NCBI GenBank assembly: GCA_001791995.1
Contig: MGFR01000001.1
Span: 177,148 to 241,147 of the forward strand
DNA: 64,000 bases
DNA from: Candidatus Woesebacteria bacterium RBG_13_46_13
Lineage (GTDB): Bacteria; Patescibacteriota; Microgenomatia; UBA8517
Reading direction: 5' to 3'
How positions within the stretch are numbered: the first letter of the stretch is position 1; each line of letters opens with the position of its first letter. The notes below the pieces were generated by a model. The model did not search any database. It saw only the letters and a program-made list of their open reading frames with translations, and was not told the DNA's origin. Position numbers and translations under genes: made by a program. Shown one piece after another: positions 18,490 to 28,213 of the stretch.

Positions 18490-20259
18490 ATGACCACAGA
18501 CGAGATTCGCGAAAAATACCTAAAATTTTTTGAAGAAAGGGGACACGCAAAAATAGAGGCAGCTCCTCTGGTTTTGGAAAACGATCCGACTACCCTTTTT
18601 ACCTCGGCCGGAATGCAGCCTTTAATTCCCTACCTTAAGGGTGAAGTGCACCCCAAAGGCAAAAGGCTGGTGGATATTCAGCCTTCTTTAAGACTGCAGG
18701 ATATTGAAGAAGTGGGAGATGCTTCCCACACTACTTTTTTTGAGATGCTTGGCAACTGGAGCTTGGGAGATTATTTCAAAAAAGAGCAGCTTGCCTGGTG
18801 TTGGGAGTTTTTTACAAAAGAACTGGGACTAGAGCCCGAAAGACTTTATGTTTCTGTTTTTGAAGGAACAAAGGATGTTCCCAAAGATACAGAGTCCGCC
18901 GATGTTTGGAAAAGCCTGGGAGTTCCCGAGGAGAGAATTTTTTACTACGGAGTCGATAAGAACTGGTGGAGCAGAAGCGGAACTCCGGATTCAATGCCCG
19001 ATGGAGAAATCGGCGGTCCGGACTCCGAAATCTTCTTTGAATTTACAGATATTCCCCACAACAAAAAATACGGCAAGGATTGTCACCCCAACTGCCAGTG
19101 TGGAAGGTTCATGGAGATAGGCAACTCCGTCTTTATTCAGTACGAAAAGCAAAAAGACGGCACCCTTTCCGAGCTCCCCCAGAAGAATGTTGACTTTGGA
19201 GGGGGACTGGAAAGAATCTCGGCCGCCGTTGGCGGCTATTCAGACATTTTTCTGACCGACATTTACGAGCAGGCCATAAGGGTGATGGAAAAGATTACGG
19301 GAAGAAAGTATCGCCAGGTAAAATCGGAAAGCGCAGATTTTAGAATCATTGCCGACCACCTAAGGGCTGCGGTAGCAATTGCAAAAAACGGAGTCTATCC
19401 CGGCAATAAACTTCAGGGTTATGTTCTACGCAGATTGATAAGAAGAGCCGTTGCGAAGATACGCCAGATTAAACCAGATTCTGCAGTGGATATTATCGGA
19501 AAAATGTGCGAATCGTTTGGGGCGAGTAACGACGTGGGCGACGTGATTAAGGAGGAAGTGGAAAAATTTGAAAGAATCTTACTTGAGGGCGCAAGGGTAG
19601 TAAAACAGAATCCCAAAATTGACCCCTTTGAACTTTATCAATCGTTCGGAATTCCATACGAGATGTCTCTTGAGATTTTTTCGGGAGTGGGGAGATTGCT
19701 GACGGATAAGGACAAAAAGGAGTTCGAGAAAAAATTCGAAGAGCATCAAGAACAATCAAGAAGTGCCTCCGCTGGAATGTTTAAGGGAGGCTTGGCCGAT
19801 GCGTCTGAAGAGGTAACCAAACTTCATACCGCCACTCATCTGGTCCATGCCGCGTTAAGAAAAGTATTGGGAGAGACCGTGTCCCAGAAAGGCTCAAATA
19901 TCACTGCGGAAAGATTAAGATTCGACTTTTCCCATGCTGAAAAATTAACAGATGGACAAATAAAGAAAGTAGAAGGTCTTATTAACGAAGTTGTTGATAA
20001 AGACTTACCGGTTACGTTTGAAACTAAAACATTGGACGAAGCTATTAAGGAAGGTGCTTTGCATTTCTTCGGCGAAAGATACGGGAATGAAGTAAAAGTC
20101 TATACCATCGGGGACCCCAAGGGCGGCTGGTTCTCAAAGGAAGTTTGCGGCGGGCCTCATGTTGAACACACGCATCTTATTGGCCATGTTAGAATAGTTA
20201 AGCAGGAGAAAGTCGGCTCGGGAATTGTCAGAATCTATGCCACGAATAAGCCCGAGTAG
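18490..20259 (+). CDS. alaS: Alanine--tRNA ligase (short form)
   Basis: DPTTLFTSAGMQP, TFFEMLGNWS, DFGGGLER, editing motifs HTATH and CGGPHV. Confidence 0.97.
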   Translation: MTTDEIREKYLKFFEERGHAKIEAAPLVLENDPTTLFTSAGMQPLIPYLKGEVHPKGKRLVDIQPSLRLQDIEEVGDASHTTFFEMLGNWSLGDYFKKEQLAWCWEFFTKELGLEPERLYVSVFEGTKDVPKDTESADVWKSLGVPEERIFYYGVDKNWWSRSGTPDSMPDGEIGGPDSEIFFEFTDIPHNKKYGKDCHPNCQCGRFMEIGNSVFIQYEKQKDGTLSELPQKNVDFGGGLERISAAVGGYSDIFLTDIYEQAIRVMEKITGRKYRQVKSESADFRIIADHLRAAVAIAKNGVYPGNKLQGYVLRRLIRRAVAKIRQIKPDSAVDIIGKMCESFGASNDVGDVIKEEVEKFERILLEGARVVKQNPKIDPFELYQSFGIPYEMSLEIFSGVGRLLTDKDKKEFEKKFEEHQEQSRSASAGMFKGGLADASEEVTKLHTATHLVHAALRKVLGETVSQKGSNITAERLRFDFSHAEKLTDGQIKKVEGLINEVVDKDLPVTFETKTLDEAIKEGALHFFGERYGNEVKVYTIGDPKGGWFSKEVCGGPHVEHTHLIGHVRIVKQEKVGSGIVRIYATNKPE

Positions 20260-20265
20260 TTTTCT

Positions 20266-22479
20266 ATGGATTTCAAGAGCTTTTTATCAGGCGAAAAATT
20301 GGGAGCAAAGGAGCATTACTGGGCTTTGGTTATTGAGCCCGGTTGGATCCAAGCGGGCATATGGGAAATAGCAGGAGATAAGGCAGAGGTGACCTCGGTA
20401 AGCCCCCCTGCAGCTTGGGAGGTAGAAGAAGAAATAATCGGGGCGGCAGACACGGCCCTTTCGGCAGCAGTACAGAATTTACCTGAGGATATCGGTGAGC
20501 CTTCAAAAACCGTATTTGGAGTTCCAACTTCCTGGGTTTCCGAAGGACAGATAAAAGCAGAACACCTGGAAAAGATTAAAAGAATCTGTTCGGAGCTTTC
20601 ACTGGAGCCTTCCGGTTTCGTAGTTTTACCCGAGGCAATAGCCCATCATGTTAAGTCCGAAGAGGGAGCTCCCCTTAATGCCGTGGTTATCGGCGTTGGC
20701 GATGAAAACATTGAAATATCCGTCTTTAAACTGGGGAATTTGGTGGGAAACTCCGTGGTGGCCAGAAGCGTCTCGATCGCCGATGATGTTGCCGAGGGCC
20801 TGGCGAGATTTTCCGGAAGCGAAGCGCTTCCCTCAAGGCTCCTGCTTTATGACGGCAAAGAAGGAGAACTCGAAGAAGTCAGACAAAATCTCTTAAAGGT
20901 TTCTTGGGAAGAGCAGGAAAAAGTAAAATTCCTACACACTCCCAAGGTAGAGATTGTGGACCCCGACACCAAGGTTTTGGCAACGGCTCTGGCCGGAGCC
21001 TCGGAAATAGCTAACGTTTCCAGTGTCGAGTCCACCAAAAAAGAGTATGAGGAGGAAGAGGGAGAAATTCCGCCCGAGACCGAAAACGTCGGCAAACCGG
21101 ATGGGGGCATCAATGCCGAGGATTTGGGTTTTGCGATAGGGGAAGATGTTGCCAAAAAGCCCGGAGCGCCCAGCCCCGAGACAACGCAAGCCCTTCCCAC
21201 ACAAAACGCCCCGCAACCTTCGAGACCAGCCCCGCCCGCGACCTTACCAAAAGGTTTTGAGGTTGGACGATTCTTCGCTAGGGTGAAAAATTTTCTGGTA
21301 TCACTATTGCCCACCAAGACGATCCAAACAGGATTCCCCGCCCCAGGCAAAAGAGTATTTGCCTTGGGTCTAGGATTTTTTGTATTTCTGATAATTTTGA
21401 GCTTTGTTCTTTGGTGGTATCTGCCCAAGGCCGTGGTTTCTATTTATGTTTCCCCTAAAAACATCGAGCAAAAGACGGATGTGGTTTTTGACACCACTGT
21501 CTCCAGTCCGGATTTGGCCAGCGCGGTAATACCTGCGCAGATAGACAAGACGGAAGTTTCCGGGGATAAGACAAAATCAACGACCGGAACCAAGGTAGTC
21601 GGAGAGAAGGCCAAAGGGAGTGTCAAGATTCGTAACGGCACAGCCAGCAACATTAATCTTGCGGTCGGTACCATTTTGGCAGGAACAAATGACCTTAAAT
21701 TTAGCATCAATTCCGCAGCTTCCGTATCGGCTGCACTTTCTCCTTCCGAGCCGGGTACGGCAACGGTTGATGTTTCGGCTGTAGATATCGGTTCGCAATA
21801 CAATCTTGGCAAAGACGAAACCTTTAAAGTGGGCAATTACCCCAAAGCGGATGTTGACGCGGTTGCGCTTTCGGATTTTTCCGGAGGTACCAGTCGGGAG
21901 ATTTCCGCCGTTTCCGAGGACGACCAAAAGGGATTGGAAGAGGAGTTGACCGCCGAGCTTTTGGATAAAGCCAAGCAATCTCTTTCCCAGGAGGTGGGAG
22001 AGGATAAATTGTTTATTGAGGACAGTCTCACTCCAACTGTCGGGTCGAAATCCTTCAGCAACAAGGTGGGAGATGAAGCCTCAACCCTCAAGCTCTCTTT
22101 GGATCTAAAAGTCAGCGGAATTGCGGTCGACAAAAAGATGTTTTACGAGTTTGCCAGAGAAACGTTGAAAGAAAAAGTACCTTCAGGGTTTGTCTTAAGA
22201 GACGAACAGTTAAAAAACAGATTTGTGCTTATTGACGAGAACAAGGGCGTATACGAAATGGAGGCGGTAATTGCTGCAAACCTTCTGCCGGAGTTAAAAA
22301 TTGATGAGATTGCCAAGAATATTTCAGGGAGATCCAGCGTTGTTGCCGAAAGATACCTTTCCTCCATCCCCGGATTTAGCCGGGCGGAAATTAAAATCAA
22401 ACCCCCGCTTTTTGGCAAGCTTAAGGTGTTGCCGAGAATAACGAAGAACATTCAGATAGAAGTTGCTGCCGAAAGATAA
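20266..22479 (+). CDS. Bitopic membrane protein: FtsA/PilM-like N-terminal domain, linker, TM, baseplate-J-like external domain
   Basis: TVFGVP...FVVLPEAIAH...VVIGVG pattern; Pro/Glu-rich linker; TM at about 21352-21426; GEKAKGSVKI...VDIGSQYN...FSGG pattern recalled from CPR proteins annotated baseplate J/gp47. Confidence 0.6.
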   Translation: MDFKSFLSGEKLGAKEHYWALVIEPGWIQAGIWEIAGDKAEVTSVSPPAAWEVEEEIIGAADTALSAAVQNLPEDIGEPSKTVFGVPTSWVSEGQIKAEHLEKIKRICSELSLEPSGFVVLPEAIAHHVKSEEGAPLNAVVIGVGDENIEISVFKLGNLVGNSVVARSVSIADDVAEGLARFSGSEALPSRLLLYDGKEGELEEVRQNLLKVSWEEQEKVKFLHTPKVEIVDPDTKVLATALAGASEIANVSSVESTKKEYEEEEGEIPPETENVGKPDGGINAEDLGFAIGEDVAKKPGAPSPETTQALPTQNAPQPSRPAPPATLPKGFEVGRFFARVKNFLVSLLPTKTIQTGFPAPGKRVFALGLGFFVFLIILSFVLWWYLPKAVVSIYVSPKNIEQKTDVVFDTTVSSPDLASAVIPAQIDKTEVSGDKTKSTTGTKVVGEKAKGSVKIRNGTASNINLAVGTILAGTNDLKFSINSAASVSAALSPSEPGTATVDVSAVDIGSQYNLGKDETFKVGNYPKADVDAVALSDFSGGTSREISAVSEDDQKGLEEELTAELLDKAKQSLSQEVGEDKLFIEDSLTPTVGSKSFSNKVGDEASTLKLSLDLKVSGIAVDKKMFYEFARETLKEKVPSGFVLRDEQLKNRFVLIDENKGVYEMEAVIAANLLPELKIDEIAKNISGRSSVVAERYLSSIPGFSRAEIKIKPPLFGKLKVLPRITKNIQIEVAAER

Positions 22480-22491
22480 TTCTCTTCCTAA

Positions 22492-23184
22492 ATGAATAAA
22501 AAAGTATTTTATAAAATAGCAGCGGTTGTTTCCGCGATATCGGGACTTATCATCTTGGCGGCGGTTATGCTGCCGATTTTAAGCTATGAAAACTCTTCCG
22601 CCAAACTGTACCCAAAACTTATCAGTCCCCTGACCCCGAATAAGGTACTTTCGGGGGAGGCCCAAAACCTGGATTACACCAAGGCTTCAAACTGGTTTCC
22701 CGCCGCCGCTTCTAAAGAAAAATTTATCTCCAGCAATATTTCTTTCTATACCCTGAGTATTTCCAAGCTGAAGATTGAAAATGCCAGCGTTGCCATCGGC
22801 GGAGAAGACTTGGCCAAGAGTCTGATTCAATATCCCGGTACGGCCTTACCCGGCAGACCCGGTAACTCGGTAATTTTCGGGCACTCGATTCTCCCCATTT
22901 TTTATAATCCCAAAGATTATATTTCGATTTTTTCAACTCTCCCCAGTTTAAAAAAGGGAGACGATATTGAAGTAAACTACGACGGGGCCACCTATAAATA
23001 CAAAGTCGAAAATCTATTTGAAGTATTACCCTCCGATATCCAGGTTTTGGAACAGGACTCAACAGACTCGTTTCTGACGCTGGTTACTTGTGTTCCGCCG
23101 GGGGACCCCAGAAAACCTAAAAGGTTGATAGTCAGGGCCAGGATAGTTCCTTTAAAGGAGGCAAATGAAGTACTTGGGCGTTGA
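22492..23184 (+). CDS. Sortase
   Basis: N-terminal TM; YPGTALPG...NSVIFGHS, TLVTC and KRLIV catalytic His/Cys/Arg. Confidence 0.92.
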   Translation: MNKKVFYKIAAVVSAISGLIILAAVMLPILSYENSSAKLYPKLISPLTPNKVLSGEAQNLDYTKASNWFPAAASKEKFISSNISFYTLSISKLKIENASVAIGGEDLAKSLIQYPGTALPGRPGNSVIFGHSILPIFYNPKDYISIFSTLPSLKKGDDIEVNYDGATYKYKVENLFEVLPSDIQVLEQDSTDSFLTLVTCVPPGDPRKPKRLIVRARIVPLKEANEVLGR

Positions 23185-23545
23185 TTATGGCAGGAGCAAA
23201 GTCGGGATTTCCCTGGCGGTGGCGGGTTTGGCTGAACCTTATCGCGTAATCAGATATCAAGATTTAAATACACTCAAAGGACAGATTGCTGAGATTGTTA
23301 AAAAAGAAGAAATAGATAAGATAGTGGTTGGGGTCTCCGAGGGAAAGTCGAAAGAGGAAGCGGAAGATTTCGGTAAAAACTTAAGCGTTGATGCTCCGGT
23401 TGTCTTTTTTGACGAAACTCTTTCAACCCAGCTGGCCCAGGCGCTCTCCCGGGAAGCCGGGGTAAAGAGGAAAAAAAGAAAAGCACTCGAGGATGCTTTT
23501 GCCGCAAGCGTTATGTTACAATCCTTCTTAGACAGCAATGTTTAA
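23165..23545 (+). CDS. ruvX: YqgF/RuvX family nuclease
   Basis: LGVDYGRSKVGIS, DETLST and DAFAASVMLQ motifs; alaS-ruvX-mltG synteny. Confidence 0.92.
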   Translation: MKYLGVDYGRSKVGISLAVAGLAEPYRVIRYQDLNTLKGQIAEIVKKEEIDKIVVGVSEGKSKEEAEDFGKNLSVDAPVVFFDETLSTQLAQALSREAGVKRKKRKALEDAFAASVMLQSFLDSNV

Positions 23546-23738
23546 AAATGTAATAGCCCCAATCCAGGCTTGGCTGCTTTCGCAGGGAAGATGCGTGGGT
23601 TGCGGCAGGGAACTCTCCCTTGCCAAAAAAGAGAACAGGCGGGATGGAACTCAAAAAGCAACTTGCGCCTGCGGCCGTATTTTTATCTTCGACCCCAAGA
23701 CCAAAAGATACCGACGCGCTCTTCTGGAAGAAGTTTAG
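23538..23738 (+). CDS. Small zinc-ribbon-like hypothetical protein
   Basis: CVGC...CACG; overlaps the ruvX end and stops 3 nt before mltG. Confidence 0.7.
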   Translation: MFKNVIAPIQAWLLSQGRCVGCGRELSLAKKENRRDGTQKATCACGRIFIFDPKTKRYRRALLEEV

Positions 23739-23741
23739 AGG

Positions 23742-24716
23742 ATGAAGAAATACATCGCCCTGCTTGCCCTTGTTGTAGTCTTAATTGGGCTACTTTCTGC
23801 CGCGAATTATTGGTGGCAGAATACGTCTAAACCCGTCAGTAATCAGAGAGAAGATGTTGATTTTTTGATTACTAAAGGAAGTTCTGCTGGCAAGGTCGGG
23901 CTTCAACTTCAGCAAGAAGGTTTAATTCGCTCAGCCACCGCTTTCAGGCTTTATGTTCAGCTGACCGGGAAATCCAAAAGTATCCAGGCGGGGGAATATA
24001 GCCTTTCGGCGAATTACTCTCTGATTAAAATGGTTGATATTCTTTCCAAAGGGCCGATAGAAGTCTGGGTGACGATTCCGGAAGGGCTAAGGCGGGAAGA
24101 GGTTGCCTTAAGATTTGCCGACGGATTGGGCAAGAAAGACAAGGGGCCCTTTGTCGAGGAATTTTTAAGTTCTTCAAAGGGAAAAGAGGGTTATCTTTTC
24201 CCAGATACCTACCTTTTCCCCAAAACGGGCACCGCCCAACAGGTTGTTAATAAAATGCTGACAACTTTTGACAACAAAATAGAACCGTTTACCAAAGATA
24301 TTTCCCCCTCGTCCTTGTCTAAAAACGAAATTGTTACCCTGGCCTCGATTGTAGAAAGAGAGTCCAGATCCGACTCGGAAAGGCCAGTTGTTGCCGGCAT
24401 TCTATTAAACAGAATCGATATCGGCATGGGGCTTGGAGCCGATGCTACTGTCCAGTATGCGGTGGGGACTGCCGAAAATTGGTGGCCGATTCTGTCCAAA
24501 GACGATTTGGCAACGGCTTCCCCATATAATACCTATAGATTCCGCGGACTACCCCCAACACCTATCGCCAACCCGGGAATCTCTTCTTTGCGCGCGGCGA
24601 TTTTTCCCGAGGAGTCCGATTATCTCTACTACCTGCACGACGCAAAAGGACAGATATATTACGCTACAACACTTGCCCAGCACAACGAAAACATACGCAA
24701 GTACTTGGGTAAGTAA
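23742..24716 (+). CDS. mltG: Endolytic transglycosylase MltG
   Basis: VTIPEG, EGYLFPDTY, LASIVERE and SPYNTY...GLPPTPIANPG motifs. Confidence 0.96.
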   Translation: MKKYIALLALVVVLIGLLSAANYWWQNTSKPVSNQREDVDFLITKGSSAGKVGLQLQQEGLIRSATAFRLYVQLTGKSKSIQAGEYSLSANYSLIKMVDILSKGPIEVWVTIPEGLRREEVALRFADGLGKKDKGPFVEEFLSSSKGKEGYLFPDTYLFPKTGTAQQVVNKMLTTFDNKIEPFTKDISPSSLSKNEIVTLASIVERESRSDSERPVVAGILLNRIDIGMGLGADATVQYAVGTAENWWPILSKDDLATASPYNTYRFRGLPPTPIANPGISSLRAAIFPEESDYLYYLHDAKGQIYYATTLAQHNENIRKYLGK

Positions 24717-24725
24717 AGATAACCC

Positions 24726-24806
24726 TTGACAGGGTCCTTTCTTTTTGTATAATCCCATTAGGCGTAGGAAACTACGCCCCCTCTTCGTCTAATAGAGGGG
24801 ATTTTT
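24726..24806 (+). promoter_or_regulatory. rpoBC promoter with a two-hairpin leader
   Basis: TTGACA 24726-24731, TATAAT 24748-24753; GGCGTAG-GAAA-CTACGCC 24761-24778; CCCCTCT/AGAGGGG 24778-24800 then ATTTTT. Confidence 0.7.
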
Positions 24807-24820
24807 GTGTTTAGTCGCTA

Positions 24821-27800
24821 ATGACCACCACAAACAATACCCAACATAGGATTTTTGGCAAAGAAGAAAAGAATCTACCCACTCTTGATCTTTCTTTGGT
24901 GCAGAGAGAATCTTGGGAATGGTTTTTGGGAGAAGGGATTGCTTTAGAACTTGTTGAAATTTCCCCGATTGATGATTTTACCGGTAAAAATTGGCAACTC
25001 AAATTAGGCGAGCATGCCTTAGGTCTTCCGACAATTGCTCCCCGCGTTGCTCAGCAAAAGGGAATTACCTACTCCTCTCCTTTAAAGATTAACGCCACCT
25101 TGGTAAATAAAAAGACCGGCAAGGAGGTCTCGCAGGAGGTATTTTTGGGAGATCTTCCCCAGATGACGTCCCGTGGGACTTTCATTATTAACGGAATTGA
25201 AAGGGCGGTTATTAACCAGATAGTCAGAAGCCCCGGAGTTTATTTTTCAGGGGAACTCGATGCCTCCAGCGGCAGAATGCTTTATAAAGCCGAAGTCAGG
25301 CCCCTGCACGGTTCTTGGCTGGAGTTTGAAGTTGCCAGGAACGATGTGTTGGCCGCCAGGATAGACAGAAGGAGAAAAGTGCTGGCAACCGTTTTCTTAA
25401 GGGCCTTGGGGATAGAGACGGACGCGGATATTCTGGAGTTCTTCAAAGAGACAGACAAAAACGCCCAGCATCACTACATCGAGGCCACTCTGGCCAAAGA
25501 TTCAACCAAGAGTAAAGAGGAAGCCCTTTTGGAGATTTATCGAAAGATGAGACCAGGGGAACCAGCGGTTTTGGAAAATGCGGAAACACTATTTACCTCG
25601 TTATTCCTTGAACCCAGACGCTACGACTTGGGGAAGGTCGGCAGATTCAAAATCAACAAAAGGTTAAGCCTGACCTTACCCAATGAAAAATCTACCTGGA
25701 TTCTTACCAGACAGGATGTCGTGGGAGCCATTAAATATCTCATCGGCCTGCAAAACGGGGAAGGTAGGGTGGACGATATTGACCATTTGGCCAACCGACG
25801 TCTAAGGCGGGTGGGAGAGTTGGTCGCGGTCAACGCATTTAGGGTAGGGCTTTTAAGAATGGAACGCTCGGTCAAGGAAAAAATGAGTCTGATTTCACCG
25901 GACGACAGACCGCTTCCGGCGACCTTAATAAATGCGCGCCCGCTTATTGCTTCCCTGAATGAATTTTTCAGGTCGAATCAGCTTTCAACCATACTTGATG
26001 ACACCAACCCTCTTTCCGAAATCGATAACTTAAGAAGGGTTTCGGTCTTGGGCCCCGGCGGAATCAATCGGGAAAGGGCCTCATTCTCCATTCGGGACGT
26101 TAATTCCTCTCAATACTCAAAAATAGACCCCGTTCGTTCTCCCGAAGGACCCAATATCGGACTGGTTACTTACTTGGCTCTTTATGCCCGAGTCAACGAG
26201 TTCGGGTTTATCGAAGCTCCGTACAGAAAAGTTCAAAAGATAAAAAGAGGTAACAAAATTCTAATCAAAGTAACGGATGAGATAATTTTTGTTACGGCCG
26301 ACGATGAGGAAGATTTCCATATCACCCATTCGGGGGTGGAGATTGACGCCAGAGGTTATATAGTAGGCCCCAGAGTCCCCTTCAGGTTTAAGGGTACATT
26401 CACCGAAGGACCGGTCGAACTTATTGATTTGATAGACGTTACCCCCCGTCAGGTGGTGGGTGCCTCGGCCGCCTTAATTCCGTTCTTGTCGCACGATGAA
26501 GGTAACCGTGCCCTGATGGGCTCCAATATGCAATGTCAGGCGGTTCCCCTGGTTTCCCCCGAATCCCCAGTGGTAGGAACCGGAACGGAGATAGAAATTG
26601 CCCAGGCGATGGGCAGAGTAGTCAGGGCCCGCCACGCCGGAACCGTTGAATATGCCGACGGAGAAAGAATAGAGGTCAAACTTAGCCAAAAAGTGGAGAA
26701 CGACAACCATTATGAGGATATTGAAATTGCCGAAGGCGGTAAAAAAGAAATTTATCACCTGACCAAATTCAAAAGAACCGCCCATTCAACCTGTTACAAC
26801 CAAAGAGTCCGGGTTATCACCGGCGATAAGGTAAAGCCGGGCGAGCTTCTGGCCGATGGGCCGGCCGCGGAAAAGGGAGAGCTTGCCTTGGGCAGGAATT
26901 TGGTTATCGCCTACAGCAATTTCGGAGGATACGGATTTGAAGACGCAATTTTGGTCTCCGACAGGTTAGTCAAAGATGATTCCTTAACCTCGATTCACAT
27001 CGAAGAATATGAAGCAGATGTGGTGGATACTAAGCTTGGCCCCGAAGAGTTGACTCGGGATATCCCCAATGTTGCGGAAACCGAACTGGCAAATTTGGCC
27101 GAAGACGGAATAGTGGTCATCGGTGCGGAGGTCGGACCCAACGACATTTTGGTCGGTAAGATTGCCCCGAAGGGAGAGACCGAGCTGACTTCGGAGGAAA
27201 GGCTATTAAGAGCCATTTTCGGAGAGAAAGCCAGAGAGGTCAGAGATACCTCCCTCAGGGTTCCCCACGGAGAGCGCGGAATTGTGGTTGACGTTTCAAT
27301 ACTGGATAAAGACAAAGGGGACGAGCTAGGCCCGGGAGTGATTAAGAAAGTGATTGTTAAAGTCGCCCAGATGAGGAAGATTACGGTGGGAGATAAGGTT
27401 GCCGGACGCCACGGCAATAAGGGTGTAATTTCCAAAATCATGCCGGTTGCGGATATGCCCTATCTTGAGGACGGAACGCCGGTTGATATTATCATCTCAC
27501 CCCTTTCGGTCCTGGCCCGAATGAACCTCGGACAGCTTCTGGAATGCCATTTGGGGTGGGCTCTCTCCAAGAAAGGCCAAAAGGCCTATCTTCCGGTCTT
27601 CGAGAAGATAAAAGAGGATGTCATCGAAAAAGAATTGAAAGAAGCCGGCCTGCCGGTTACGGGAAAGGCCAGGCTCTGTGACGGTAGAACCGGAGAGCCT
27701 TTTAAAGAGGATACGGTAGTTGGAATCAGCTACATCATGAAACTTATCCACATGGTTGAGGACAAAACACATGCGCGCTCGACCGGTCCGTATTCTTTGG

Positions 27801-28213
27801 TTACACAGCAGCCATTGGGAGGCAAAGCCCAAATGGGAGGTCAGCGTTTAGGGGAAATGGAAGTTTGGGGACTCGAAGCCCACAGGGCAGCCTATACTTT
27901 GCAGGAGATGCTGACCATAAAATCCGACGATGTGGTCGGCCGCGCCAGAGCCTTTGAGGCCATAGTTAAAGGCGTGGATATTCCCGAATCCACGGTTCCC
28001 GAATCGTTTAAAGTTTTGGTCAGAGAACTTAATTCCTTGGGGCTTGGAGTTGAGGCCAGGGGAGCGGTTATGGCCAAAGATTTGGGAGGCGAAGAAGGGG
28101 AGAAGGGAACCGAGTTGGCCAAGGCGGCCGGGGCGGAAGTGGTCGCAACCGCGGAGTTGGTTAGTCCGGTGGGGACAATGGAGGTAGAAGAGGTAAAGGA
28201 GGCAACAAGCTAA
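24821..28213 (+). CDS. rpoB: RNA polymerase beta subunit
   Basis: GTFIINGIER, RSPEGPNIGL, GDKVAGRHGNKG and GGQRLGEME motifs. Confidence 0.99.
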   Translation: MTTTNNTQHRIFGKEEKNLPTLDLSLVQRESWEWFLGEGIALELVEISPIDDFTGKNWQLKLGEHALGLPTIAPRVAQQKGITYSSPLKINATLVNKKTGKEVSQEVFLGDLPQMTSRGTFIINGIERAVINQIVRSPGVYFSGELDASSGRMLYKAEVRPLHGSWLEFEVARNDVLAARIDRRRKVLATVFLRALGIETDADILEFFKETDKNAQHHYIEATLAKDSTKSKEEALLEIYRKMRPGEPAVLENAETLFTSLFLEPRRYDLGKVGRFKINKRLSLTLPNEKSTWILTRQDVVGAIKYLIGLQNGEGRVDDIDHLANRRLRRVGELVAVNAFRVGLLRMERSVKEKMSLISPDDRPLPATLINARPLIASLNEFFRSNQLSTILDDTNPLSEIDNLRRVSVLGPGGINRERASFSIRDVNSSQYSKIDPVRSPEGPNIGLVTYLALYARVNEFGFIEAPYRKVQKIKRGNKILIKVTDEIIFVTADDEEDFHITHSGVEIDARGYIVGPRVPFRFKGTFTEGPVELIDLIDVTPRQVVGASAALIPFLSHDEGNRALMGSNMQCQAVPLVSPESPVVGTGTEIEIAQAMGRVVRARHAGTVEYADGERIEVKLSQKVENDNHYEDIEIAEGGKKEIYHLTKFKRTAHSTCYNQRVRVITGDKVKPGELLADGPAAEKGELALGRNLVIAYSNFGGYGFEDAILVSDRLVKDDSLTSIHIEEYEADVVDTKLGPEELTRDIPNVAETELANLAEDGIVVIGAEVGPNDILVGKIAPKGETELTSEERLLRAIFGEKAREVRDTSLRVPHGERGIVVDVSILDKDKGDELGPGVIKKVIVKVAQMRKITVGDKVAGRHGNKGVISKIMPVADMPYLEDGTPVDIIISPLSVLARMNLGQLLECHLGWALSKKGQKAYLPVFEKIKEDVIEKELKEAGLPVTGKARLCDGRTGEPFKEDTVVGISYIMKLIHMVEDKTHARSTGPYSLVTQQPLGGKAQMGGQRLGEMEVWGLEAHRAAYTLQEMLTIKSDDVVGRARAFEAIVKGVDIPESTVPESFKVLVRELNSLGLGVEARGAVMAKDLGGEEGEKGTELAKAAGAEVVATAELVSPVGTMEVEEVKEATS

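Noticed and set aside
20266-22479. Prophage or contractile injection system
   Set aside because: No sheath, tube, spike, terminase or integrase genes; the flanks are housekeeping genes
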